Below are positions 14,737-28,430 of a DNA stretch of 64,000 nucleotides, piece after piece. Each line of letters begins with the position of its first letter. The stretch's first letter is position 1. Both the position numbers and the translations under genes were made by a program. The stretch is from NCBI GenBank assembly GCA_050084985.1, contig JBITNC010000001.1:207700001-207764000 (forward strand). Reading direction: 5' to 3'. Under the pieces are notes generated by a model. It worked only from the letters and a program-made list of their open reading frames with translations. It did not search any database and had not been told where the DNA came from. The stretch comes from Nageia nagi (Eukaryota > Plantae > Pinophyta).

Positions 14737-14858
14737 TCCAATCACACTTACAAGAGATAAGTTGAGCTCTTAAGTCCTTTATTTTTGCTAGATAATCCAA
14801 TCACACTCACAAGAGATAAGTTAAGCTCTTAAGTCCTTCATTTTTTCTAGATAATTCA
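14737..14858. repeat. 59-bp tandem duplication in Copia A gag
   Basis: CCAATCACACT(T/C)ACAAGAGATAAGTT(G/A)AGCTCTTAAGTCCTT occurs twice. Confidence 0.85.
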
Positions 14859-15498
14859 GCCACACTTTATGATTCCTCTTGCTGATACTAAATATTTTGT
14901 TAAGGATAGTAAACTTTCTAGATATATTGGATCCAAGATAAATTTGCTTCAATAAATTCTATGCATCCTTTGAAAATTGAAATGGAGTGATAGTTTTTAA
15001 AATTTCATCATTAACAGATCTGATAATCATTGATAAATCTTATTGATGTTTCAAATTATAAGCATCTAATGCTTTTTTATTTCTTGTTGGTGGAGTTTCT
15101 TCTTTACCATTTACAATTTTCTAGTATTATGTAGCTTGAAGCTCTGCTTTCTTTCTTGCTTCCCAAATTTCAAAGTTAGAACCATCAAGAATGTACTTTG
15201 GTTGAAAGGACATAATGAATTCTATCATATTTTTTTAATCTAGAATAAAAATAAATATGCTAGGTTGAATTATCAATTCAAGGTAGATTAACTAAACTTG
15301 TAAGATAAATTAATCAAAATATAGAAAGGACCAATTAACTCTTATAAAGTTGGTGCTCTTACTAATTATTTAATTCTCAAGTCAAATTATTCCAATCTTT
15401 TAGAAATAATAATAATAATAGTAATATTTATTTTAATCTTGTACAAATAATTTATAACAATACTTATATACATCATAGATTGGAAACCATACACATAC

Positions 15499-15788
15499 TA
15501 AAAGGATAAAGGAGAAACAAAGTTCTCACCTAGAATACAAAGCTAAAAGACAATCATGAGAACACATGAATTGCTCAAAAAGAAAATGAAATGATAGATA
15601 AACTAAACATAAAATATGCCTTGCTTAAATAGCAAGTGAAATGTACAATAGCCACATGATCAAAATAATGTTGAACATCAGATTAAAATAACCTGATAAA
15701 TATGACAACTAAGCACACCTACTAATGAACTTAAGATAATAATAACCTATATACCTAACTAGGTAATAAAGCAAATAATACTCTAATA
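15499..15788 (-). repeat. Copia B 3' LTR (290 bp)
   Basis: Matches 21892-22538 apart from an insertion in that copy. PPT (minus AAGGGTGGG) at 15789-15797. Confidence 0.88.
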
Positions 15789-15999
15789 CCCACCCTTAAG
15801 TGGAACTAGAAGGAATGTGAATAATAAAGAAAAAATGAGTCCTAATAACTAGGCTTGCTAAGGTACTCACGTGCAAAATGCATATCACAAAAAAAAACAT
15901 AAAAACCTCTCCTATAGATGATGAAAAACCACATAGGAAAAATCAATCTTCTAGTAGAGGAAATATAGAATAAAGGAAAGTGGAGAGAAAGGTATCCTC

Positions 16000-18900
16000 A
16001 TCAACACCCCCAAGAATAACTTTCATCACCCCAAGTAAGTCAAGAAACTAAAGAAAGTATGGTGAAGCAAAGGGTTTCATGAAGATGTTCATGATATGCT
16101 GCTCTATAGGAATGTACTCCAAGCCAAGGATGCAATCTTGGATATACTATCAGATAAAATTCATATGCACCTCAATGTTCTTCATACACTAGTGCTCAAT
16201 AGGATTGTGTGAAATATGAATCACACTCTAACTATTGCACTAAAGTAATATGGTACTATACTATGAAAAGTTGAACTCCTCCATCAATTATCAAAGCCAA
16301 AGGACATTTTAACTCACATGAACTACTTCCCTATACTCTACCTCAGTTGAGGATAGTGCAATAGCCTATTGCTTCTTACATAACTAAGCTATGGGAGAAG
16401 TGTTAAGATAAAATACATAGCCAGGAGTTGATCGATGGTCATTAGAGGAACCAACCTAGTCAAAATCAGTATATCCAATCAACACTGGATTACCTCTCAT
16501 ATAATGCATATCATAGTGTGTAGTGCCCCTCACATATCAAATAATCCTCTTAGTTACCTACCAACAGGACTCATGAGGGGATTAAGCAAACTGGGAAATG
16601 AGCCCAACTATATATGAGATATCAAATTGAGTATGGGTGAGGTATAACAAACTCCCAACCAACTATCAATACAAAGTAGCATCACATAGTGTTGTAATGC
16701 AAGAGGAAGTATGATTCACCCCACTATGAAAAGGTGTAGGAGATGGCTTATAGTCATACATCCAAAATCACTCAAGAAGATCCAAGGCATACTTCTACTG
16801 AGAGAGATAAATTCCTAAGTCTAATTGTATCACCTAAAATCCAAGAAAATAATGGGTAAGTCCAAGGTATATCATATTAAAATGATCAAAAAGAGACTAC
16901 TACACAATATAGATGTGAGATATGGAGTTGCCTGTGAGAACAAGATCATCAACATAGAACACAAGAACAGTGATGCAATTACTATGTCTCCAAATGTAGA
17001 AAGTAGGATCTAATTGACTTAATACAAATCTAGTAGAGAGAAGAAATATGTCCATCTTCTTGTAACATGCCTGAGGTGCTTACTTAAGGCCATAAAGGGA
17101 TTTCGTAAGCCTATAAATAAGCAAATAATCCTACATAAATCCAATGGGTTGCTTCATTTAAATCTCTTCCTGCAAGTTTCCATGAAAGAAGGCACTCTCT
17201 ACATCCATCAAATAAACATGCCATCTTTGAGATGCAGCTAAAGTAAGAATAATACATAGTGAGTCCATTTTGGCTGTAGGGTTGAAGGTCTCTAAATAAT
17301 CAATGTCCTCAACCTTGGAAAATCCCTTAACCACAATCCATGATTTATGCTTGTTCATAGAATCATTAGCTGCATACTTGATCTGATACATCCATTTAAA
17401 TTGGACCAACTTCCTTATTGGAGGAAGGAGTATAAGCTCCTATGTCACATTCCTCATCAAAGAGGAATACTTTGCCACCATAGCATTATCCCACTCTATA
17501 TGTCCATGAGCTTAGGAGAAAGTATATGGATCACTAGAAACTACCTAACCAACTAGTATAGAACCAATAAAGTTACAGTGAGAGGGAGGTAGATCCTCAA
17601 TGTATGGTGTTGCATACTTAAGTATCAAGTGATTCCATATAGACAAGGGAGGTGGGGGAGGATGGCATGTAGTAGGAGGAGGATTCACAACATGTGAAGG
17701 AGGATCAACATATGTAGAAGTGGTAGGAGTATCATCCATGTCAATAAGAGGAGCATATGAGTTATCCAAATTGGAAGAAGAAGGGGGAGAATTAAAAATA
17801 CACTCATCAAACTAAACATCCTTCCTAAAAAATACATCATGTGTATCAAGGTCTAGTAAATAATATGCCTTCACATTCTCATAATATCCAACAAAAATGA
17901 GTGGCCTACTCTTCTTTTCCAAATCCTTACATTGTGTCTTCATAATATATGCCCAAGTATGACTACCAAAGATGCTTAAGTGAGAAACATTTGGCTTATT
18001 CCTAGTCCAAGCCTCTTTAGGATTCATATCTAAAAGTGTTTTATATGGTGTGTGATTTTGAATTTAGTTATCACAATTGACTACCTCTTCCTAGTAGATA
18101 GGTGGGATATCCTATGAACACACCATGTTGTTGGCCATTTCCTTAAAGTTCATGTTCTTTCTCTTAGCCACTTTGTTCTATTATGGAGTGTGTTACATTG
18201 AATGCTAATGTACAATTCCATGAACCATAAGAAAATTCTAAAAATCATTGGTAAATTAATCCCCTCCATTATTATTATGAAGCTTATTTATGCACATGGA
18301 ATACGAATTCTTAACTAATGCTTTGAAAGCCTTGAAGTGAGAAAATACCTAACTCTTTTACTTAAGGAAATACACCCAAGTATATCTTAAGAAATCACTA
18401 ATAAATGTGAGCACATACCAAGCTCCTATAAAGGACATATGGGAAAAGGTCATCAAGTCACTATGTACTAACTCCAAGGGTGTTAAAGCATGATGAGCTC
18501 TACCTAAAGGGAAAGGATCTTATTGTTGCTTGCGAAGAGCACATCTTGGACAAACACCATAAATATAAGAAACCTTTGGTAATATGGTAATCATATGATG
18601 AGTGTGAAGCTATTGTAAATATCACTAATTGAGGTGGAAAAACCTCTCATGCCAAATTTTTCTCATCAAATTTACATGAGCAACCACTCTTGTAGCAATA
18701 ATGGAATCATAAAATCTCTCAAAGTAGTAGAGTCTAGAAGTGTGATCAGCAACACCCTATGCAATCAGTGTATGTGGGTCTAGTAGGCTATGGATTTCAA
18801 ATCCCTATGGAGTGAATGAAATAATATTCCCTATACCAAAATGGTAACTCTGATGTATTAAAAGTAGGTTGGTGATTATCTAAAAAACATAGAGTACATC

Positions 18901-19973
18901 ATTTGATGTGCCCTCCATCAAGAATAATATCCTCATTTCCTCTAACTGAAATGAATAAAGAATCACCAACGTCAATCTGAGAGATAAAACTAGAAGCAAG
19001 AGAAGTAAAGAACTTCTTTAAAGTCATGTAATGAGTAGCACCTAAATCCATAACCCATTTTTTTGAAGTAGAATCTGATTTTCCTAAACATTCAATGCTC
19101 TACCTTGATCCTTGGGAGCATTTTTGGGTGCCTCCTTTAGAATAACAATCTTCTCCTTTTCATTGCTTCTTCTAAAGCATACATTTTCTTAGAAAACCTA
19201 TCTGAAGGATGTCCACAGATGCCACTAAAATCACACGTTATATCATATTTATTATTATTTTTCTTTTTGTAAGAATTATGTCTATTGGGTTTGGATTCCT
19301 TAGGAGGAATCTATTGTGAAGGAGTGATGTGAGGCTTAGACTTAGCCCTGCCCTTGACTTTGGAAGATGATGTAGAAAGTACCTTAAAAGGATAGGATAT
19401 CATCTCAAGAGTGGAAATTTTTCTTCTTCCCTTTTGAGATGCTCATAATATTTTTCCAAACTAGGCCTTACAAATTTGTTTGCTAAAGCATCCATTGTAG
19501 AAAACAAGGTAGAAGAAAATACATGAACATGTCCTTTTAACTTTGACAAAATTTAAAAAATACATTCTTCTTCTTTCTTATTTTTACCTATACCCTTCAA
19601 TTATGTGAACAACATCTTAAATTTAGTAAGAAAGTCTACAATTATGGGAAAGTTATCTGATGATAATGTTGTGAGTTGAGCTTCAATCTGCATAGCTTGC
19701 AGTGTGTCTACCTTCCCAAATAAGGATTACAACTATTCCCAAGCGTCATGAGTTAAGGAAGTGCCTTAAAGATAGAACCATATACTCTCACTAATATTAG
19801 CCTTAATTACACAACATGCTTCTACTTATGAATTATTAAAATACCAACTTTCATAATCTCCCTTAAAAGTGAATTTTTGCTCTTTTATGAATGTGTTGAA
19901 ACCTCTTTGGTGCAAGCAAAGTCAACATTTGAGATTTTTAATTATGATAGTTATGTGATGTGAGTGGTTCCAT
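16000..19973 (-). pseudogene. Copia B gag-pol, decayed
   Basis: Protease KWVMDLGATHYMT near 19022-19060; integrase fragment ORF 17812-18027; RT FKWMYQIK...VVKGFSKVEDIDYLETFNPTAK...MDVESAFFHGNLQEEI (17158-17409); RNase H NIFMKPF near 16070-16090. Confidence 0.9.
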
Positions 19974-21879
19974 TTTAAATATAAAATTAGAAGAGGAATT
20001 CAATTCAAAACATCAAAAAATAACAAAAAACAACCAAATATGTGCACTAAATTAGCACCAATATTATCCCCTCCAAAAGAGCTTTTATTCACACTTTTTA
20101 TAATATAGAAATTGATATGTGCACTAATCCATGACAAAGAATTTGGAATCATGATACCAACATAAAAATAATCACATGAATCAAAACCCATATGTAGATT
20201 TTTGTGTAATAAGTAAGATCCCCTCCAAAAATCAAATTTAAAGCCTTGGGTGTTTGAAGTGCAAATGGGTATTTCTAAAGAGATCTAGGTTATGGACCGT
20301 AATTGAATTTATGATGCCCCACTTTTAATTAAAAATGCCACTTCAATATAAAGTTCCACCATAAAAATTTAAATGCTACCCATAATAAAAAAACTAAAGT
20401 GATATTTTAAAATTTTAGGATAATCCCAACAAACTTTTATAAATATCAAACCCTAAAGTCTAACCTAGCAAGATGGAGAGTAGATGTGGAGGAGAAAGAC
20501 AATGAATAGAATTCAATAAAGAGTGAATACGAACCAATGAGATGAAGGTCGCTATGAATATCATGAAATGAAGATGACACAAACATTGTGGTGAATGAAA
20601 AGAACTCCATTATGAGAGCCATCAAATGTGGAGTGAGATGATGTTATACCACCAATCAAAACATCATTGTACTAAAGCAATACTATGAAATCACCATCGA
20701 GAGCACCATGGAAAATGATGTGAGCGATATTATCAAATTTTTCAATCAATGAGAAGATAAGCCACCATTATATGATGGGATTGACTAAGATGAGAAAAAG
20801 CATGTGATTATGGAAACTAGTAGTTTTCCTAGTACCTAATTAGTTCTTACAAGCAAAAATTAAGTTTTTTAAATTGGCTAATATTTGGACCCCCAAAAGG
20901 GGGACCATTCACCCTAAAATTATAGGCATGTATTAATTTTATGTATCTAATTACCAAAAACTCAACATATAGTATGTCTGTTGTATGTATCCACTTATAT
21001 CTTTTATTCTAAAGGTTATATTTTCACCTAAATTTTTAAATTGATTCTCCTTAGTTTCTATAGGTTATTTTTGGACCAATACTTAGTATTAACCTTGATG
21101 GACACCACTGTGATAGAATGATATCATAAATAGAACACAACACTCAATGATATGTATTAATGACTATCGTAGGGTGGAGGTAAAGTGACACCATGCCATA
21201 GATCAAAGCATCGTAACATTATGATAACTATACTGAGCACTATTGTTAAGAGCAAACTTGGATAGAAATAAGATGCAAAAGACACTACATAGCACCAATT
21301 ACAAAGTTATTGATATTGTGAAATGGTGAAGGCTAGATCATTAGAGGCTCATGAGTGAGAACATGAGATCAAAAAACTTAAATGTGAGTGATGTCATATA
21401 AGAGTTAAAATATTAGCACAAATAAAACTATTACATAGATCTTAGATGAAATCACATATCATATCACTAAGGAAAAATAACTCATACTTAGATTGCAAGA
21501 TCTTATGTCTTTTGAAAGCACCACTATGAGATAAAAAATACTACAAGGAAGCAAATCTAATAATGATTATGCCATCGCAGTGAAAAATATCATGAGGACT
21601 AAGATCTCATGGATCCATAATGGTAGAGGTGTGAAATGAAGAACCCTCACTAGATGAAGGTCATGAAGAAACCTTAGGCCCAAATAAAAAATGAAATCAT
21701 GATCTTAAAGAGATTTTGTAGAAAATAAATCTGCTAATAAAATACTAGAGTTGAAATATTGTAAGATACCAACATAGGGAGATGATACACCACAATGGAC
21801 ACACTACACAATAAGCAAAGGTTGTGGGTGCCACTACGAATATGACAAGGTTCTAAAAAATCTCTACAAAACTCAATGT

Positions 21880-21891
21880 GCTTTGGTACCA
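21880..21891 (-). other. Copia B primer binding site, tRNA-iMet type
   Basis: Minus strand TGGTACCAAAGC versus canonical TGGTATCAGAGC, directly adjacent to the LTR. Confidence 0.8.
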
Positions 21892-22538
21892 TAAAAAGAT
21901 AAAGGAGAAATAAAGTTTTCACCCAAAATACAAAGCCAAGAGACAATCACAAGAACATAAGAATTATTCACAAAAAAAAATGAAATGATGGATAAATTTA
22001 ACATAAGATACACCTTGCTTAAATAGGAAGTGAAATGTACATAATGTACATCCATTGATCCACTCATGAAAAGTAAGGTTTCCTTTTAGCCAGAGCGATG
22101 GGGCTTATACCTCTAACATAGCGAAACCAAAAACTACTTCTTATTCCCACCCAACCCTAAATCATTCTTCTGGCACCCCCACTAGTAATTAGAGGCAAGC
22201 GCTTCTTATTACTTTACTTCTTACTAATGTTGAACTTTAGAAAGTCTTGTATATTCTTATTTAGGGTGGGATGAAACCTTTTAACAGTGACGGATCCCAA
22301 TAGTTCAGGTATTCCTCCCTGAACTAGAGTAAGTAACAATTGCTTCCATTCCATGTAGTAACTAGAGCGAGGAATCAAGGGTATGTGGGCCCCCGTGTAT
22401 CGATTAAAGGCATTCAAACTATTCCATTCCATGAAAACTAACCTAATAAGTATGAAAACTAAGCACACCTACTAGTGAACTTAAGATAATGATAATCTAA
22501 AAATCTAATAAGGTAATAAAGTAAATAATACTCTAACA
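21892..22538 (-). repeat. Copia B 5' LTR carrying a ~380-bp foreign insertion
   Basis: Homologous to the 3' LTR over 21892-22045 and 22430-22538. Confidence 0.88.
22053..22428. other. Unidentified CpG-retaining insert in the Copia B 5' LTR
   Basis: Absent from the 3' LTR, where ~40 bp of LTR sequence occupies this position. About 7 CpGs; no TIR or TSD seen. Confidence 0.75.
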
Positions 22539-23129
22539 CATACTACATTTAACAATATAATAAACTTGAGTTCTATAAAGCTCTACAAAAATAAATGGGG
22601 AGAATATAAAGAGACATAAAAAAGTTCTCAAGGCCTAATATGGAGATTCGAAAAGAAATAAGACTAACCAAGTCATGGATAATTCATTTTAGGACTTAAA
22701 CAAGATAATCGGGATAAAAATAGCTTCCTAGATGAAAATAACATTCCTGTTATCAAATATGATATTGATATATATTTTCCAAGTGAATAAATAGAGTTAC
22801 AAAATGATACAGAGCAATTTGGTTATAGCATAGGATTCCCAAGAGAAGAAACAATATTCTTGGAATGAAAAAAATTATCCTAAAGCACTCTTAGGCTATT
22901 TTACCTACAAACGATAGTAGTCCAACTTTCAGGATCCATGAATAAGAGGAATAAAATTCTTGTAGTTTCCTAAATACTTGATAATGATGATTTTCACATT
23001 TTTATGATGATGATGATATCATTAAACTTATTATTGTCCTATAAGAAAGTGCAATGTTTCACTTTTAAGATGTTGCCAAGGTCCAAGAAAGAGAGATGTT
23101 GTACTTTAGAGAAGGTGATACAACATCAA

Positions 23130-23495
23130 ATTTGTCATAGTGCAACATAGGATAGAAAAGCTCATTGTTGCACTTTTAAGGAAGTGTTATCAATAACTAA
23201 GTTGTAGTGGTGCAACATAAGATAGAAAAGTATATTATTGCACTTCTAAGAGGTGACATTATCACTTGTATTAGCAAAATATGATAAAATTAATTTTAAG
23301 TATTTTTTTTCCTTTGTTGTATGTATTTTATAATGGTGTTTTGATTTCTAGTAGCTAACATCATCACTTGTATCACCAAATTACAATAAAATTAATTTCA
23401 AGTTTTCTTTGCCTTTATCTTATCTATTTTATGATGGTGTCATGATTTCAAGTAGGTGACATAATCACTTATATCATCGAACCATGGTAATATAT
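23130..23495. repeat. Short diverged tandem repeats (~70-bp and ~100-bp units)
   Basis: GTGCAACATA(G/A)GATAGAAAAG twice; ACAT(T/C/A)ATCACTT(G/A)TAT three times at ~100-bp spacing. Confidence 0.6.
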
Positions 23496-23669
23496 TTTTC
23501 TAACCTGTGTTGTACCATGATAATCTAGTTATTGATATCACTTTCTTCAAATAATGATAATATACTTTTTTTCTTTGATTCATGATGACCATTTTATATA
23601 TAGCACCCATACACTTTTTCGGATTCCAAAAATAGTAGTTTCCAAACATAGCAATTTCTAGAAATAGCA

Positions 23670-25526
23670 ATGGTGGATGCAAAGGTGATTGAAGGAACTT
23701 GATAAATTATCAATTAAAATAGAGAAAATTGATTTTTTGTGAAAGTAGGAAATTGACAAAAATTTAGCACTATAAAGGAAACAATAGTCAACCTCAATAT
23801 CAAATATGATACCTTGAGTATCAACATAACTATAGTAAATTATAATCAAGTGGCATCCATAGGGGTACAAATTCAAGTTCAAGATCACAACAATCATGAA
23901 ATTTCCAACAATGGGGGGAAACCATATTAGGTACATTAGGTCTCTCAATAAGCATTTATTATTTCTTGAACTAATAATTTGGATTTTTCAAGATTTGGTG
24001 GTAATGACCCAACTGGCTGGATTTATAAGATAGAATAGTACTTCTCACTAAATCATATTATCAAGGCATAGAAGGTCAATATTGCATCCTTTCACCTAGA
24101 CCAGGAATCACTTCAATGGTACCAATGATTTGAGAAGGTAAACAAAACTTCCTCATGAAGATGTTTCACAAAAAATACACTTATCCAATTTGGTCCCAAT
24201 GACTATGAATATTTCACAGTACCTGTTACGAAGTTGCAACAAACTTCATATATAAAGGAGTATCAAATATAGTTTAAAAACCTTACGAATCACATTGAAG
24301 AGTTGCATGAGTAATTTTTTTAGAATTTGCTTCATCATCAAATTAAAATATGATATTCAAATGGAAGTAAAGATGTTCAATCTGAAAATAATGATGCATA
24401 TGGTTGCACTAGCTAAACTTGATAAAGATAAATTCAATGCTCTAAGACATCAAGGAAAGACTCCATTTGTCAAAACATAAGCTTAGTAGTTTGCTCCCAG
24501 ACCTAACCGATCACTAACAATTAAGTGACTTACTCCTAAGAAAATGAAGGAGCATAGGGAGAAGGGTATTTATTATAATTATGATCAAAAGTCTAGTCCT
24601 AGTCATCGATGCACCACACAAAAATTGTAAATGCTAAATGTTGATGCTCGTAAGGAATCAACTAATGAAGAATAAGAGAACCTAGTGGAGAAAGAAGCAA
24701 ATGAACCTAAAAACACTAAGGATGAGGTACCTAAAATTTCTTATAATGCCCTTTTAGGAATTTCTTCTCCCACAATAGTGAAATATAGGGGATACTTCAA
24801 AAAGCAATCACTCATTATAGTAATTAATTCTAAAAGCACCCATAATTTCATTGATCCAAGGATGGATAAACATTCTAATTATTTCATATACCCTCAAAAT
24901 AACTTTAAAGTGATGATCAAAAATGGTGATAAAATTGCTTATAAAGGAAAATGTCATAATGTTAAACTTTCCATGGTGATTATCAAATGTAGAGTGATAT
25001 GTATGTCCTTCCCCTAGGAGGATGTGATGTGGTCTTTGGAGTCTAATGGTTACAAACATTGGGGTCTATTTTATGGGATTTTACATAATTATGGATAAAA
25101 TTCAAAGTTGGATAAGGTACATACACTCTCAAAGGGTTATATGCAAGACCTTCTCAAATTATTATCTCCCACCACATGGAGAAGTTAATTCACAAAGGAG
25201 GGAAAGGGATAATGATACAACTATTTTCAATTCAGTCAACTACATAAGAAAGTGGTGAGTTGAAATAACTACAACAACTCTCAAAATATCATGCAATAGT
25301 ATTTGAATAACCCAAAGGGTTATCACCAAATTACCCTCATGACCATGCCATACAACTCATTCTAGGAAGTTAACCACCAAACATTCAACCCTATTGTTAT
25401 CATGCCTGGAAAATGATGAAATTGAATAGTCTATGCAGGATGTGTTGGAGGTAGGAATCATTCAACCAAGTGTTAGTCCTTATTTTTCTCCTATCTTATT
25501 GGTTTGAAAGAAGGATGGATCCTAGT
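23670..25526 (+). pseudogene. Chromovirus (Reina-like) Gypsy C: gag, protease and start of RT
   Basis: LDFSRFGGNDPTGWIYKIE*YF near 23980-24045; protease-like IVINSKSTHNFID (ORF 24685-25017); RT breaks off at KKDGS at 25526. Confidence 0.88.
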
Positions 25527-26258
25527 TGTAGATGCCTAATAATGATTTATTACTTATTTAATAAATTATATTTAGCACATTGAATGATTAAAAGGTAATA
25601 ATGTATAAATCAAGATAAAATATTATTATATTGCAACACCATGTGCTAGGATCAATGTAATATAATATACCATGGTTTATATTTTAAATTTATTTTGAAT
25701 ATTGAAATGATTATTGTTATTGCTATGTGTCGATTTTCACTCCTTTCTATTTCCTTACAGGTTATAAATATGGGAGGTTAAGGCTAACATTCCAATCAAA
25801 TCGATTTGATAGGTGTTTATCCCAAACATAAAACTTATGGTGTCTCTTGATGCCACCTATCTTGAAAATTTGTTATACTATGAACTATGTTATCTCTCTC
25901 TTACATGCAACATAAAACTACCCTTCCTACACCATCAGTGGTGTGCCATTTCTACACATCTAGCAATGTGCACCTTCTAGATCGGGAGGTCCAAATTTTG
26001 AGGAATGGCTCATGCATATATTATAGTGAACATTTTTTGAGAGCTCATCTTAAATCCAATCACAAGCCTCTAGATATTCATTGCTATTTATTTTTTAAGA
26101 TTGTATGCAAACTGGCTATAGGCCTCACTTTGTATCAATTTTATATATTTCATCTATATTTCTTGTAATCTAGTATAGAGTTTTTATTCATTATATTAGT
26201 AGACCAAACTTTATTTGTTTGTGTATTTATTTAGCATTTACACATTTTTTGGTCTACA
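25527..26258 (+). repeat. T2 5' LTR (732 bp)
   Basis: TGTAGATGCCTAA...TTTGGTCTACA; colinear with 33331-34051. Confidence 0.92.
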
Positions 26259-26261
26259 TTT

Positions 26262-26277
26262 TGGTTAACCCAATATT
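26262..26277 (+). other. T2 primer binding site, tRNA-Trp type (decayed)
   Basis: TGGTTAACCCAATATT versus TGGTGAACCCGACGTG, the complement of the plant tRNA-Trp 3' end as recalled from memory. Three of the five differences fall at CpG positions. Confidence 0.55.
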
Positions 26278-27479
26278 CTTACACACCTAGGTCTTTACCT
26301 AGGGCATTCTTTTTGAAAAGCCATGAATCAATTCTCATTATTGTTCATCCTCTTACCTGAAGCTCTTTAGATAATAGCTAGAGAAAATGATAAAACTAGG
26401 TTTTATTCTACCTATATTGAAAACATGGATCTAAATGTATAAAAAACTAAGATGTCCAAAGGGAAGGTTCATTTCAATGATGTTTAGAGAAGTGTTAGGT
26501 ATAATCCTAACCTACATCTATAAGAACCTCATCTTGATGCTCCTAGTGATACTGAGTCTACAAGCTCTCGCAAGAAAATGGATATTATTAGTGAAACGAC
26601 CAATAGACTTATTCCTAATATTGATTAATATGGATTTGAAAGTGTAAGCTTGAATAGTCATTCTAATGAAAGTAATGGTGAAATTCCTAAGTTAGATAGA
26701 ATTCCTAATCATGTTAGATGTATACAAGAAGTGTTATTTGATAGACAAATATTAGAATATTTTCTTACTCATAATGCTAAAATAGTTATTGATATTCTAA
26801 CAAACTATGAGACCTTAGAGGAAAACTTTATAGCCTCATAATCATCAGATAGTTTGTTTTCATATAAAAATGCAGGATCTATGTGACGGAGGGCTCATGC
26901 CATTAATACGAACATCGCTAATAATGTACCTTCCTGTAAGCACATCATCAATGGCATGGATGGGGTCAAAAAAAAGGTTTCTTTGAAGGTAATTACATAG
27001 CCTCCATGCTACATAGTTGTTGAGGATAGTATAATGGAGGATGTAGACAAAGATTATGAGCACCTCATTATAAAACTTGACCATCTCACAAGAGGTAAGT
27101 ATGCTAAAGGTAAGAATGTTGTGCAAAATGATAACCATGATCATAAATTAAAAAAAAATAACTTGACAAAATTATTGATGATGGCTATAATATACAGCCT
27201 AATTGGACATTAGAATAACATCATATTAAAACTAAAATCCTTCTTGAAGTTTAAGACACTAGTGAGTGGCATTTAGAATCTCCTCAAAAATAAATGGATG
27301 TCTTAGCTCAAATGCTTGATAAACTTTAACATCAAAGAGTAAATTGAATAGGTCCATTTTCCATACTCAAAGAAAATGAACTTAGAAAGGCACAAATTCC
27401 ACCTCAAACCCCTCCACCTCCCTTGAAAGAGGTGTTAAATAAGGAATACAAATAAAAAATAAAATAAAATTAATTGCTA

Positions 27480-28430
27480 ATGATGATTATGATTTCTTAT
27501 TTTGCTTGAACTGGCCATTAACAAATAGAATTCTTGCTAAAGTAATTACTAAGGAAAAGAGTATTAAATTTACAAAATTCTATGCCTAATATGCATGTTA
27601 GAAAATTTCAAGAAGAGACTATGGAATATATGCATGTAAAATTGTTCTCACATAGTCTAAAAGATGAGGCATTGAAATGGTATTTTCAACTTCATGAAAA
27701 GAGTATTGATAGGTATGAAGATTTAATCCATCAATTTTTGCAAAGTTTCAAGTACAATATTGCTAAAAAAGTCTATTTCAAGGATTTGTGTAAAATTAAA
27801 ACAATTACATAATCAGTCTATTCATGATTTTTCTAAATTATAGAAATGCATTGCTAATAGAATCACCATGCTTGAGCAAGATTTGAAAGATACATTTGCA
27901 AATGCTTTGTTACCAGCATATAAATTGTTGGTAATCTCTAATCATGATATGACATTAGGGGATATGATGGATGTTATGTTTAAAAAAGAGCCATGCATTA
28001 AACAATTATATGTTATGCGTACCAATAATGCTCCTACATATCAAAAAATAATCCAAAACTTTGAGAACAATAAAAAAGTTGATATAAACAATGTTATTCA
28101 TAAACAAAAAACTAATCCCAAGCCTAGATAAAAGTTTACACCTTTTATTGATAATTTTGATAATATCCTTAATTTTTTGTTAAAAGATCTTATTGAACTT
28201 CCTCCTCTTGTTGAGCCTAAATTTTCTAATGGTGTAACTAAAAGTTTTAGATATGAAGAATAACATGCAATTGCAGGACTCTAAGGTATATCATACAGGA
28301 TATGATTGACAAAAAGGATATTAATATGGATAATGAGGCTACTAAAGAATGTGGACTTGATAATGAATATTTAGGGGTGTTCACCAATCCCTACCTCCTT
28401 CACAACCAAGAGGCTACATTGGCACGATAA
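27480..28430 (+). pseudogene. T2 gag
   Basis: VKLFSHSLKDEALKWYFQLHEKSIDRYEDLIHQFLQSF (ORF 27582-27812), followed by gag C-terminal-like fragments. Confidence 0.8.

Larger units (their letters stand above)
12362..15228 (-). pseudogene. Ty1/Copia element A, gag-protease-integrase and start of RT (5' half), decayed
   Basis: gag start ILDGSNFEIWEA near 15160-15228; protease D*ILGSSCTNHMC near 14100-14135; integrase KIKILRSNNGGEY (ORF 13280-13480) and LNRCP..SPFEAW...KCIFVRY (ORF 12889-13221). LLKNET*ELVPPP..VIGNK near 12362-12430 joins WVYRIK near 4260. Confidence 0.9.
15499..22538 (-). mobile_element. Ty1/Copia element B, full length, decayed
   Basis: LTRs at 15499-15788 and 21892-22538. Perfect 5-bp TSD CATAC (15494-15498 and 22539-22543). 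PBS and PPT both present; gag-pol in Copia domain order. Confidence 0.92.
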
